Positions 51,332 through 64,000 of a stretch of DNA of 64,000 bases are shown in pieces. Made by a program: the position numbers and the translations under genes. Numbering within the stretch: position 1 is the first letter of the stretch; every line of letters starts with the position of its first letter. Where the stretch lies: assembly GCA_965645245.1 (NCBI GenBank), contig OZ287067.1, positions 1,178,001-1,242,000 of the forward strand, written 5' to 3'. Under the pieces are notes generated by a model. That model was not told where the DNA came from and searched no databases. It saw only the letters and a list, made by a program, of their open reading frames with translations. This DNA is from Massalongia carnosa (taxonomy: Eukaryota).

Positions 51332-52201
51332 TTTCAGATGCCCTTGCTGGTAGTTGTCCAGACCGTACTGAAATGTAGACTATCGAAGAACAGCAAATGC
51401 TTCCGAAAGCATGAGAAATATAAACTTCGGTCGCAAACACTCAACTCATCCACTTCCGTAATCATCGGGGTTCATATCACCCATCGAGACAGACGTCCTA
51501 TGCGTTGTTAACAGCCAGCCATGACCACGAATCCGGACCTGATATCAGAATATCAAAGATATTTGAGTGAGATATGGTCGCTTGAGTTTTGTGTTAAAGT
51601 GTAGGGTATGATAAAAAACAAGAGAGGTAGAGGAGTAGTTGGGTAGAACGTTTTTATGCCTAAAAGTTGAAGATCCATACATAATCGACTACCTAAAGGT
51701 CGTTCATGCTTACCTAATCAGCTCAATTACGTAAGAATTCGATCAATTTCTTTTCAAAGGTGCTGAGCCCCAACTTAATGGGTCTTTCTGGATGCTGTTT
51801 CTGGTGTGAGAGTACGACGATATAAGAAAAGCAACAGTCTGCAGCTGTCGTTTTTTTCAAAATGGCTTGTCGAGAGAATCTTTCAATTAGATAGAGACAA
51901 AGATATGTTCTGGTAGCACACGACATCATCGCGGGCTCTCGCTTGCACCGGTTATACCTCCCGTTTCCAAGCTTCTGAGATTTTAAATCCTAACCACCTC
52001 AGGTTCCCCATAATCTTTTCCATCTTTTTATTTGACATTTCTTCATGTGACGACTTCTTTCATAACAACATCTTTGAAGATAACCCGTACAGAAATCACT
52101 ACTAAACCCACTTGGAGAGAGACTTCCCCTTGGCCTACCAAGATACCTGCCTTTGAGTTCCTCCACAAATCTTCATAGCTTTTGTATGTCATTGTTCTGC
52201 C

Positions 52202-55200
52202 ATGGTGGTAGAGAGAAACGGCCGTCCAGTGGGCGCATTGAAAATGAACGGTAAGCCAAATGGTACTGCTGTCGTCCAACGACAACCAGCCACCAGGCCC
52301 CGTTCTAGTATCCCTCGCCGCATGGCCAGTATCTTCGCCAGGTATGTGTCTTTGCTGAACTAAGCCCATATTTGTATATTTCGGTTCTGCTAATGTCTGG
52401 CGTGTAGAGTTTTGGTTTGGTACACAATCATAACTGCTTGTTTTCGGTGCCCTTCCTCAACCGGCGATCTTACGGACCATTCCCCCAAAGTTTGTAAGTC
52501 CTACCTAAATGCACGATCGTATGTCACACCACACGTTCAACCATACGTGGATACTTATGCGTCTCCCTATGTGGAGAGAGCACGCCCTTATGCGGAAGAC
52601 TTTCACCGACGTGTGTACACCCCATCGCTAAGCTTTGGGAGAGAAAGCTATGAGATTTATGGAGCTCCCCGGGTAGATCAAATACGCATGTATGGGTTGG
52701 ATCGATGGGAGAAAACCCTAAAGCCAACGATCGACGCCGCTCAAATCCACGTAAAGAAGCAATACGATGCGACTTTGGCTCCACAGGTCAGCAAAGCCTC
52801 CACTGTGGCCTCGCCTTATTACATGGCCGGCCGAGAGAATATACTTCGGACCTACAAAACTCGATTACTTCCTGCCTATTCAGCCTCCCGACCATATATC
52901 ATGACACTTTATGGGTTTAGTCACAAGATTGCTCTGGAAACTGGCCTCCCATACATTCAATCAGCATGGTCTCACATGGTTATCTTTGTCGACCGCACGA
53001 TTTGGCCCAATGTCAAGGTATTATATGGAGAAAACGTGGAACCTCAGCTTGTCAGAATAGGTGAGCGGCTTGGTAGATATCGAGATGGGAGAAAGCTTAA
53101 AGCGGCAGTGGATGAAATAAACAGGTAAGCAACACAGGGTTCAGTTGCTCGTGTTTAATTCGCAAACAAGATCTTAAAGAACTTGTGCATCATATTTTTC
53201 AAGCCCATGCGAGAACTAAAGGGGTATTTGGCGCGGCTAGACTGAATCGGCAATGCCAAACTGTCTAATGTCTTCCATATCCTCCACTTACTTTAAGCGT
53301 TCTTTTGGGCTCATACGGGACCTTTGTACATTCATAAGTGTTATGTGGATATAATTGTTTTTTTACTAAATATTACATTATAGCTCTTCACAAACATCGT
53401 TTGTATCATCTAGTCTGTCCTCGGTCTCGTCTTCCATCGCCTCGCATTACACTGCCGACTCATCTAGTCTCGTCCGTGGTACAGAATCATCCACTGTTAG
53501 TTCTTCGGCTTCTTTAACGCCTCAACAACATGCCGAACAGACGCGCGAAAAGGTAGAGAACGACCTGAAAAATTGGCAGGATAAGTTTGCAAAGGCTGCT
53601 GATAAAGGGGCTGAGGATCTTGAACAACGTGTGAAGGAGATTAGCGAACAACAAATCAAAAGCCAGATCTTTGGAGTTGGTGAAGCGCTGATCGTGCAAC
53701 TAGAGGAAACATCCATTTCCGAGCTTACAAAGCTTAAGAAGACCATTATCAAAATTGTCAAGTCGCTTCCAATTAGCAATAGTAAAACGGATACAGAGAC
53801 GGCTGAAGAGGAGTTAGCAAAAGCCACCAGAAGCGCTGGATTAGCAATTAAAGGCAAAGCTCAAGCATTAAGATCCTGGAAGCAGGGCATGGACCAGGAA
53901 ACCCAAACCCTTATCAATGCTGCTTCTGAGTCGACACTAGAAGTAATTGATAATATCCGTGACCTTGGTCTTCAAGAGATTGGAATGAGATGGGCATGGA
54001 TGGAGGGTGTGACATACAAGGATTGGGCAAATTACAACCTTCTAAAAAAGACGTTTGACGAATGGCGACAAGAAGTCGCGGCAGTTGCACGAAACCACGA
54101 AGGTCTCCAGAAGGTCGCAGAGGCCGGCAACAAAATTGAACATCGAGGTATGTCAACTGCAGAAGAGGCTGCTAAAGAGCTCAGTAGGCTGAAAGAAATT
54201 GGCAAGTGGAAGATTCAGGCTGCCGACGCAACAGATGATTTCAGTACTAAATATATACCACCAGCTGTAGCAGCAGCCAGCCAGAAGATAGTTGAAAACG
54301 CCAACTCTGCGAGTGGGCGGATATTGGATACATCCCGAGGTACTGCGGAATCGATCGTTTCTGAAGCTTCAAGAAAGGGCAGAGAAGCAGCTTCAAGGGT
54401 TTCATCAACAATAATTGGGACAGAACCCGGAATTGCAGAACGAGCTGGCTCAAGAATATCCCAAGCTGTACCGGGTAGCCAAAAACCAATAGCCCAGAGC
54501 GTTGTTTCTGCTGCCTTTCGTAAGGCGGACCAAGTTGCCAGCGATGTAAGTGATGCTTTGATTGGAACGCCTATTCCTGCCTATGAATCTATTGCATCCA
54601 AAGCATCTGAAAGTGTGGCGTCGGCTGTTTCGGATGCTTCACATTCGGTTTATGGATCCTCCACACCTCTTTCAGACAAAGCTCAAAGTAGCGTGAGCTC
54701 CGTTGGCTCCAGTGCATCTTCGGTTATCAACAAAGCTTCCAGAAAGATATTTGCTGGAGCAATGGCACAGAAAGTCGGAAATCGAAAACCAATACTTGAC
54801 GACGTGATAAGTGATGAGGAGGATACGACCTATTCTGAGAAGTTACAAGGCATAGTTAACCAAGCTGGCGACAAGTATGCTGATCTCACAAGAGCTGTTA
54901 GTGAGGCCCTCTTACGCCCAACAAACGCCCAGGGCTCAATTGAGAGCGTCACATCCGTTGCAGCGGAACAATACTCGAGTGCTCTTGCTGCAGCCTCCAG
55001 CGTTCTCTATGGTACACAAAAGGGCACGGCTGAGAGTGCGGCTAGCATAGCTTCGGAGAAATACGCAGAGGCTGTTGCTGCGTAAGTTAATGCAATCCCT
55101 CACAAAATGAATGCATATAATAACAACTTTAGTGCGTCCTCAATTATTTACGGAACTCCAACCCCAGCAACCCAGGCTGCTGCTGCACAGGCAACTTCAT

Positions 55201-57233
55201 TCTACTCGGAAGCCATTAGGCAGGCACAGAGGCAGTATTCCCATGCAAAATCTATTGCCTCTCACCAGATTTCAGGATCGCCTAAGCCGGTTCATAAAGA
55301 TATTCAATCCTCTATAGAGAATGCTTATTCAGGATCTTTGGCGGCAGCGAGCGAACGGCTGCAATCTGCTTTGGGTATTGCATCAACCGCTGTCTATGGT
55401 AGGCCCGCAAGCCCTCAGGAGTCAATGTATTCTGCTGCAAACAAGAAGTACTCCGATGCGATTGCTGCTGCTTCTTCTCAATACGATTCAGCGAAGATCG
55501 CTTTAATTGGTACTTCGACGGCCGGATATGAAGTTCGACTGTCCGAAGCAAATAACCGGTACTCAGACATGCTTGCTGTCGCAAGCTCAAAGTTTGCATC
55601 TGCGACTGCAGCTGCCAGCAATGCTTATAACGGCCCTAGTCAAGGTATTTTGGAGTCCATAACTTCACTTGCCTCCTCGCGCCTTGCGGATAGTCTCAGC
55701 GTTGCTTCTGCTCAACTGTCCAACGTCAAAACAGCCGTGGGTGCTACTCCCACTCCAGCTCACCAACAGTACCTTGCAGATGGGCAACGCCGTTATTACG
55801 AAGCTGTCGGCATTGCGCACGAGCGCTACTCTGAGTTTGTGGCTGCGGCATCTAGTGCTGTCTATGGCACGCCTACGCCTGTTCATAAGAGTCTCTATAG
55901 TGATGCGTCTAGGTCTCTTTATGGAACACCAACCCCGGGCTATCAAAGCCTGCTGGATGCGGCTCACTCACAGTACAGCGACATGATCTCCCAGGCGTCT
56001 GATAATCTTAGAAAAGTACTGGCATCTGCAAGTTCCGTATCTAGTAAAAAAATGAAGGCCTCAGCTCAAGGTATGTTGGCTTCAGCATCCTCTCGATACA
56101 GCTCAGCTCTTTCAGTCGCCTCGGCGTCGCTGTCTTCTGTGTCGGCTGCTGCAAGTTCTGGAATCTATGGCACTCCGACAGGAAAGATCGAGTCCGTCTC
56201 CTCCGTGCTCTCCGAAAACGCAAAATCTATTTCATCAAAGGCAAGCACCGCAATAGTTGGAACTGAAACACTGTGGACCGACTCTGTAGCTAGCCAAGCG
56301 TCCCAAAATTGGGAGGCGCTGGTTTCTAAAGCCAGCGAGCAAGTCTACGGGGCTCCTACTCCATTCTCGGAATCGGTCTTATCACAAGCAAGCGATTATG
56401 CTGCCCAGGCTACAGGGGCAGCCGTTGCTCAGTACCAAGCGGTGCAAGCTTTGTTCTCGGAACTTATCAGTGGCAAAGAGCCGGATTTCACCGAGAGCGT
56501 GATGAATCGCCTCAGTTCCGCCTACTATACAGGCTACCATGCCAGCATTGCATCAACCGCATCAAGCTACGCGAGTGACGCATTTGTCTCAGCATCCTCG
56601 GTTGTTTCTGCCGTGTTTACCCCACCCGCAACTTTAGAGGCTATCATCAATTCCGCAAGCGACAAGATCAATGCAGCCGTCGAAGCTGCAAGCGTGCAGT
56701 ACTACGGCTCAAGCAAAGGATCCTACGAGAAAGCTACCTCCGCAGCTGCAAGTTCATATTCCTCGGTACAGTCCGTCGCCAGCGAAGCCATTTATGGCAC
56801 CCAACCAAGCTTCTTCGCCTCCATCGGAGATTCCTTCGAAAACGTTGCCAGCTCCGCTCAGAACGCCATTTCGGCCGCTATCTATGGAACAACCACCACC
56901 ACTGCCGTTACAGCGTCCATCACCATCGCAGCCGCAAACGCGTACGCGTCCGTCTCCTCCGTCGTGGGCGAGAACGTGGCTGCCGCAGGCTTTATGGTAG
57001 ATTCCACGAAGGCGAAGATTAGCGAGGCGGTGTATGGGCCCAAGCAAGGGGCCATGGAGAGCGCATCAAGTCGGTTGGTAGCTATTGTCGAGAGCGCCAA
57101 CGCAAGACTGGCAAAGTTGTCTGAGGGCGCGAGTGAGGCGCTCGATTCAGCGAAGAGTGGGGTGGAGGAGCTGGCTAGTAGTGTTAGTAGCGTGGCTGCG
57201 GCGGCGACGGGAAGAGTAAAGGACGAGTTGTGA
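52202..57233 (+). CDS. Large She10-like ER protein with Ser/Ala-rich YG repeats and C-terminal KDEL (1551 aa; exons 52202-52341, 52408-53124, 53384-55081, 55133-57233)
   Basis: N-terminal TM segment followed by FRCPS...VCK, motifs DLKNWQDKF and LGLQEIGMRWAWMEGVTYKDWANY..LK, and the ending RVKDEL*. Three introns join the ORF fragments in frame. The family assignment is from memory of fungal She10-like proteins. Confidence 0.8.
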
Positions 57234-58555
57234 GATGAGGTAGGAGTATAAAGGCAACGTGGGCTACTGGGTCCGGCTGGTGATGGTACTTAAGGGAGGT
57301 TACAAGCGGCTGGGCCATCTGCTACGTCCTCGCCTCCCAAAACCTTTTCCACTTCATTTTCAGAAAGTATCTTATAATTTCCCTAAAGCATGAAGAAGCG
57401 GAAGGAGGACTCGCTTCGCTTTTCACAGACGAGGGGCCGGGGTCGAGGTTTTTTTGTATTCCCAGCGTGCGTACATATTAGCTTACGCTCTTGTTTCTTC
57501 TTCAGTGTGCTTTTTGGGGGTGGGGGGGGGGGCGGGATGGAGGGGGCTTGTTGATTGATTGATCAGTATCTGTATTTTCGCTGTCAGATAGGTTAAATAG
57601 GTGAGTTAGGCTGCTGATAGTAAGGTAGCTTTCTATGTCGATTTTGATATCGATGCCGCATTTTCTTGTGGTTGAGGGTGGTGAGCGGATGGATAAATGT
57701 GCTTGGGATGTGGGAGGGGGGTCTTCTGGGTGGGTGGCTGATAAAGATTAAGGGGGAGGTCAGAGAATTAGTTTAGGTAGGTGGTTGGTTGGTTGGGAGG
57801 AAGGGACATGGATGGATGTTTGAGAGAAAATGTTAAAAATGCAGATACAATGGATTGGATTCTTCCTCTTTGATGGATTATTATGCACCTGCAACTCCCT
57901 CCCTACTCAACTACCTATCCTCCTCTATTCTACCACCCGCCCATTCCATTTCCCTCCATTCATCAAGACAAACTTGTTCCGTGCTTCCTTCCCTTCTGGT
58001 CGCACCTAATTTCCTCCATATCTCGTCTCCTCATCCCGATTCGCCCCATGCTGTTTGGTCTAGGTTCTGGCGCTGTTTGAGCCCAAGCTTGTTGTGAATT
58101 CCTTTCGTTACCTTGCGGGTACATAGGTAGGGAGAGTTCCATGCTTGGGCGGGCCTCTTTTGGTAAGGGTTGCAGACTAATTTATCCTGCCAGGAATAAG
58201 ATGGTTAACATAGGGGTCCCTCGATTTGAGTAGACCGGTTACTAGTGAAAGCTGGTGGGGTTTGGGGGGTAGGGATGTATAAGAGCATTGCATAGTCTTG
58301 AAGGGAGGTGAATCAACGGGCCAAAAAAAGGCGCGTCCAGAGGAGGGGGTTGCTGAGACGCCATTGATGGCTGCGCAGGTTTGGTTCCTGGCAGAAAATC
58401 AAGTGAATTGTGGCTTGGTCTTTTTGTCCAACAAAGGCAATTGGTGTTTGGCGATTTTTTTGGCTGAAAATACATCAAAGTATCCAGCTCCCTATCTTCC
58501 CACTCCCTTCTGTTTCTCTTCTCATTTCTAGAAGTAAATACTCTTCTGGAGTACC

Positions 58556-59292
58556 TTATAAATACTTCTTTCCTGCCGCCACCACCCTGGCCCGAAACAC
58601 AGGGCTCACGAGAGGGGTATCGACGCCGCAAAACGGGCTCATCAGCGCTTTCAACCACACCTCAAAAACCTCGCCAAAAAACTGGCGGATAGCCTCCTCC
58701 GTCTGCGGGCTTGTCGCGTTGTTCGCAATGGATGAGCTCCCGCTACCGCCGCCGCTCGAACTTGAGGACGAGCCGGATGCGGTCTGGCGCCCTGAGGACG
58801 CGAGCGGGGTGGTAGTGTAAGGGCCGAAGGGCGAGAAGGAAGTAGGGGTTTGGACGGAAGTGGGAGCGGTGTTGGGGGGGTGGGGAAGGTGGAGCAGGAG
58901 AAATTTGACGGAGGCGGGAGTTAGGAAGGCAGAGATGTGGGAGGAGGCGAAGTGGTCGATGCGTTTGAGATACCTGTTTTCGTTGTTTCGAGAGGTTCGT
59001 TAGCCAGACGAAGAAGGAAGAGAAAGAGAGATCGAGAGGTGGAGAAACCTCTGCAAATTCTGAGTATGAAAAGGGAATGAAAAAGAGGGGACGGAGGGGA
59101 GAACTACATCTGGTTGCTCGTCCACTGCATCTCGTCCACAATGTCAAGGCTAGCATGCAGGAGAAAAGGGTTCAAGTCCCTGGCTTCGGCACTGAAGCGG
59201 GCAACGCCGTCGCCGCCTTGCTTCGAGGTGCCAAACTCAAGCTCGAAGAGCGAGTTGTCCTTTGTGCCTACGATGCAGAAGTAGTACGACAT
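58556..59292 (-). CDS. TRS20: TRAPP complex subunit Trs20/sedlin (200 aa; exons 59292-59108, 58973-58556)
   Basis: MSYYFCIVGTKDNSLFELEFGTSK, FLLHASLDIVDE.QW...MYLKRID, EEAIRQFF.EVFE.W.K.LMSPF, and the ending AGKKYL*. Confidence 0.95.
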
Positions 59293-59632
59293 GTTTTTAG
59301 GGGGATGAGGGATTGGGGGGAGGTGTGTAATTGGGTCTCTATGCTGAAGGATTACAACTGATTTCTGGTGACTTGTAACTATATGTACTCTGTGCTGAGT
59401 TCCCGTAGCCCTTAGAGAGGCTACTTTGAAGCTTGCTAGCAATGATGAAGTGAAAGGTTAAGAAGTTACGGTTATATAGGCGGTGATCTCCATGCATGTA
59501 TGCGTCTACACCACCGGCAGAATCGTAAATTCCCGATTGGTTCCAGCGGCCTCGTCCATTCTAGGTACATATTTCATCTTCTACTTTCTGCAACTCATCC
59601 ATCCCCCCAATCCTCCAAAAAATACACCACCA
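59293..59632. promoter_or_regulatory. Short bidirectional promoter region shared by TRS20 and MRPL31
   Basis: Two start codons lie head-to-head, 340 bp apart. Confidence 0.55.
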
Positions 59633-60340
59633 ATGTTTCGCACCACCCCCATTCTCTCAGGTGGTCTCCTCTGGTAACCTTCCCCTCCCCCCCTTTCCTC
59701 CCACCCATTTATCCATCCCTTCCCTTTCCTCCCCTCAACCAAAACCCCCAATCTAACCCCACCCCCTCTTTCCCCTTCTTCGCAGGAAAATTCCCTGGCG
59801 TCTCTCCCGCCCACAAAAAGCGCGCCAGCGAAAACGTCTCCGCATGGTCGACCAGGTCGTCGCGGTCGTAGACACCGCCTTACGAAAAGTGATCGCGAGC
59901 CAGGCTTCCAAGAACCCTGGCTCGTCCACTAGGCCGAACCAAGCCAGCGCCGCTTCTACCGAAGGGAACAGTTCACTAAGAGGGCTAGCAATAGCAGCAC
60001 CAATACCGTCAAAGGGCGACAGCGGCGTCAAGGCCGTCGAGCGGTGGAAGGCGGAGATGCCGCGCGAGGACCAGATGCAGCCGAAGGACAAGTACAGCTT
60101 TTTTGATCGGAAGGAGAAGACGTATCGGAAGGGCGTGCATAGTGCGTCCCCCCCCCCAGACACGGTTCCCCTCTCTCCTGCTCACCTGTCACTTTCTTTA
60201 TTTTCTGGTCGACGATATGGGGAGGAGACGGAAAGCGAAAGAGGGATGGATGTTCACAAGCTAACAAGTCACATTTTCATGTTCCAGAACTCCCGAAATG
60301 GACGCGCGTGAGCCAGAGGCTGAATCCGCCTGGTTTCTAG
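59633..60340 (+). CDS. MRPL31: Mitochondrial large ribosomal subunit protein mL60 (149 aa; exons 59633-59673, 59786-60141, 60288-60340)
   Basis: GGLLWKIPWRLSRPQKARQRKRLR.VD and M.PKDKYS.FDRKEK.YRKGVHKLPKWTRVSQRLNPPGF, reassembled across two introns. Confidence 0.95.
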
Positions 60341-61768
60341 GTGGATAGGTACTTGGGGCCTTGATGCGTTTCGACACCTTTTTTCTTCTTCTTTCTTGCT
60401 TGGTCTATGGTGCGGGGGCTGGGAAAGCGTGAAGAGGGAGGGAAGAGGGGTGAGATGGGCATGTATAGAAGATGGCGTTTGAAAGGTGTTATTAAAGATT
60501 TCTTCCTTTCCTCTTCTTCTTTCGGGACTTTGTATGTTTAGCTCTTGCGGGGAGGAGAAGGAGGGTGGCAAGGAATTGGTACAGCTGAAGCTAGGGTTCA
60601 GACGGATCAACGCAAAGATCGTGTACCGAAAAGCTACCCAAGGGAAGGAAAGACGATGGATATATAAAAATATATAACATATCAAGTACAAACATACAAT
60701 CGTGCCTACAGCGATTAAGGCCAGCTGCCAAGGTACCTATATAGCCAACAAAGGCAAAATTGCAATGTTACACAGCGCATTGGAAATGTAAAAACCCGAT
60801 GAGCTGAGCGAGAGCCTTCCCAACCTTTGATTCAATCCATCACGTCACGGATAGATTGAAAAGGCGGAGCTGGGTAGAAAGAGTGTCAAACAAACTGTTC
60901 TGAACGGGGGTATGTAGCAGGATAGCAACGAGGGTGGTCATTTTTTAGCAGGGAGGGGGGTTAAGCAGAGTATTTGGGGGGATCGATTCGCGGAGGGCTT
61001 AATGGGGAAAGGATTTTGGGGAATGGAGGGGAACAGCCACTATACTCAGCGGAAACAGGTCGCTGGAGGGGCTAAGGTTTATTGAACCCCGGACGACGAT
61101 GAGATGCTCTTAGAATGAGGGTTGGGAGGAGGAGGTATGTGGATTAATTATAGGGAGCGCAAATAAACGACTGGTGGAGTGATGTCCTTGCTATTTAACC
61201 CCGAGACTATGTATAGTCTCCCAGACCCTACGCAGCACTGATCTCTGAGCGAGCTCGATGGAAGGCAGCAGTTTCCCAAACTATCCACGGGTTAGCGTGT
61301 GCACGTTGAATATTTTGCAGTAGAACTGAAAGATAGATGAGATGCTTAGCCTACTTATGTTTTACTTTCGAAGACAGATATAGAATAGCCAAATTAAAAC
61401 TTGCTGAAGGCTGGTGTTTATGCCAAATCGTCGGAGATTTGTCGATGTAAACGGCGTTACTCAAACTTGAGTTCATTAACTGCGAAGACAAGTTATGAGT
61501 TTCACTCCCATGTCTTGGTGATCGGAGGGATAAGAGATGGCTTGCGGAGGTGTGATTTAGTACTGGGTGATAAGCGGAAAGGAGTGGATGGAATGTTGGG
61601 TTGAATACATAAGTTGAGTTTAGGACACCGGTCGATTCCCGAAGCTTCATTTGTTTCTCTGCTGAGAATGGTAGCAGCTTTGGAAAGTCTGCCGGGTAAG
61701 ATCGAGACCCAGTTTAGCCAATCGAGAGAAGTGGGTTCCCCGCCAAGCGGGGCCGTGATGTTCACTAT

Positions 61769-62293
61769 TTATCCCGTTATCCCAAGCCCAAAATCTTCTT
61801 GTTCTTCAGGCACCGGCCAAAGATCTGCGCTAGGTTCTCTCCATGCGCGTAGTCGCCTCGGAGGGCTTCTCAGATTCTGCGTCACTCGGTTGGCGGAGCT
61901 AGTCCGATTGTCTGATCGACCTCGAAGGAGTGGTGATCTTGTTTCGGGAACCTTGACGCGTTGCTCTGGTGGCGATTCCTTGCATGGCGGCTTTCGGTAC
62001 AAATAGAACTTCTCCATTCGCATAATCCATCTCTTCAATTTCGCTACGGGTGAATTTGCTGCTTCCTCGTAGCTAAACGAAGCGTTGCGGGGCTTGTCGT
62101 GAGAGGGTGACAAGGAGCGGGTTCGTCTGTGGTTGTGAATACCAGCGGCGAGACCATCCTCAAAAAAAACATTACGATCATCTGCGGGTGAAATGAAATA
62201 TGCAAACGGGTCTTCGTCGATCTTGGCGGTGACATAGAACGACCTCGGCTTTCGCAGCGGCGGCCATGAGTTTCGCTTGCGAAGGGAACGCAT
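61769..62293 (-). CDS. Hypothetical protein (174 aa, basic, Ser/Pro/Arg-rich)
   Basis: Isolated ATG-initiated ORF with motif-like blocks IDEDPFAYFISP and RAWREPSADLWPVPEE embedded in low-complexity sequence. Confidence 0.65.
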   Translation of the reverse strand: MRSLRKRNSWPPLRKPRSFYVTAKIDEDPFAYFISPADDRNVFFEDGLAAGIHNHRRTRSLSPSHDKPRNASFSYEEAANSPVAKLKRWIMRMEKFYLYRKPPCKESPPEQRVKVPETRSPLLRGRSDNRTSSANRVTQNLRSPPRRLRAWREPSADLWPVPEEQEDFGLGITG

Positions 62294-64000
62294 TATTGCC
62301 CTGGACCCGGTTCCTTCCTCGACGAGGTATGAACGATAGCAGAAACGACAGAGCTTGCGGATAGAGCAGCGCGGTTGGATTATATAAATAACGACATTAA
62401 ATAAGCTCACGAAAAGTAAATGTTCAAGACTATTGAAAACTACAGATGGAAGGGAATAGTTTGAGAAAGATTCATAGCAGGAAGGCTATGTACATAAGTG
62501 TGACTCAAGAAGGGGAGCATGTGCTGCATCATGTTCACAGGCAGACAGCATTGGTGAGTGCATCAAAGTGGCAGGTAAGACATCTATAACCAAATCGGGG
62601 CGCGTGTGGAAAGCCATACGAGCCACAAAAGACCGCTAAATTATTGTATAGACATCATCTTTCTCTCACATTCCACTATAGCTCGACTTATACTCGACTT
62701 ACATTCGGGTTCGTGTCAACCGGACTGAAAGTAGACTGAAATCAGCTGCGCTAGGTTTTTGCTCTATATTGTTATCGTTGATTTTCTAAAGCCGCCTTAG
62801 TCAGATTCACGTCCGATGACTTGATCCCTAATCAAGGTCTTTCTAAGACCTACTTTTTGGCCAGTTCTTAGTGAGGGTGAGGATGAGGGCGAGGATGATG
62901 CTCCCTCTTGCTTCGATAAACGGATCATCTGTCTTCATGAACCTGATCACATGACGCAGATCTCAATTTGCTCTGCAACTGCGCCACATCTCCTAGAGCC
63001 TCACTGCAGCCATCAGCCTAGAAGGAGTACGTCACTCTCCTCGTGTCGTTTACCTTTTGGGTTAGCAGTATATTGCAAGGGTCTTCGATCAATAAAATCT
63101 CATTTGACTTTAAAAAAAGCAAATCGAAGCATTTTTCATTTTGTAAGATCATCATGATGGTTACAATACTTGAGACTTGGGACTTGGGACTTGTTTTAGC
63201 AACGTCAAAATGGCTTGTGAAATGTGATGAGGACAAAAAGGGTGTTTGGGAGTATGTTTATACCTGTCAAGGCGCGCTAACCTGAAAAGGAAGCGGAAGG
63301 ACTGTACGACGTTGTGCGGCTTAAAACATGCACTCCACATTCTGGAGTCCAGAATACCGGTACTCGTATATTCCCCTCCCAGCCCATTACTCAGCAATAC
63401 TTTCAACACCAAACACTCATCCTAAGCTCATTTTTGACTTCATTGCATTATTAGCGTTTCGATAGTTCTCTAGTTCTCTCTAGTTAAAACAGATGCATGT
63501 AGTATTATTGCTGAAGCAAGTAACTATCTAGGCGTTAAAGCCGCCTCCATCCCAAGAAACTGCTTTATGTTCCACTCGCTGGATGACCAACATCAACATC
63601 AGAGCCACAATTTGCCATTAACCTATAGCGCCTGTCTACTAATATCTACATTTTTGGCTCTCTGGCGTCAAGTCCTCACCCTCGTCGCCTCTTATTCCCG
63701 GTCCCAACTAACTCCGCTAGGGTTACTTTCCTTCTGATGATGAGTCGATTACACGGCGTTTTTGGAAGTAGGGCTAACACCCTTCGCTCTCGTGAATCTA
63801 TTTTCTTCAGCATCTGCTAAACAAACGAGAAAAAGGTAAATTTACCCAAGGATGAAGCAGATCCACCTAGATCAACGTGGAACAACATGGATCACACGTG
63901 TTACAACGCTTCGCTCGTTGACGGCGGCGAAGTCCTCTCCCGTTGGCATCCGCATGAGAGACACACGGATTCGAAACCTGCCCGCCTGGTGGAATGCGAG

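Noticed and set aside
58730..58885. Ser/Pro/Gly insertion in Trs20
   Set aside because: It is a low-complexity loop expansion at a variable position, which is ordinary for filamentous fungi.
62400..64000. Short ORFs at the right end
   Set aside because: No coherent gene model or motif can be supported. This is probably promoter or intergenic DNA.
1..64000. CRISPR arrays, rRNA, tRNA, TPP riboswitch, secondary-metabolite cluster
   Set aside because: No repeat-spacer pattern, cloverleaf, rRNA signature, THI4/NMT1 gene or PKS/NRPS was seen by eye. tRNAscan-SE and Infernal runs would be needed to exclude small RNAs.

Overview
A 64 kb window from a filamentous ascomycete (Pezizomycotina), with compact GT-AG introns, CTRAY branch points and about 15 intact genes. 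I spliced the gene models by hand, and every complete model has an exon total divisible by 3. Most genes are housekeeping: CDC27/bimA, SLC1, ACC1, nudE, NUP82, CBC2, SNO1/PDX2, a TALE homeobox factor, SSM4/DOA10, a She10-like KDEL protein, TRS20, MRPL31 and one short hypothetical gene. An accessory stretch at 14.9-19.4 kb holds an intron-containing, 3'-truncated Fot1/pogo (DD35D) transposase and a decayed amino-acid permease. The best candidate for a novel system is the gene at 24991-29047. It fuses a HeLo-like N-terminus, an MLKL-like pseudokinase and a chymotrypsin/Ssy5-like serine protease whose catalytic GDSG motif joins the rest of the protein only after splicing. Other leads are a spliced in-frame leader on ACC1 that may encode a mitochondrial presequence, a long hairpin-forming intron, and a TGACAG cluster upstream of the homeobox gene. 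I saw no rRNA, tRNA or CRISPR. All identifications come from motif recognition, with no database searches.
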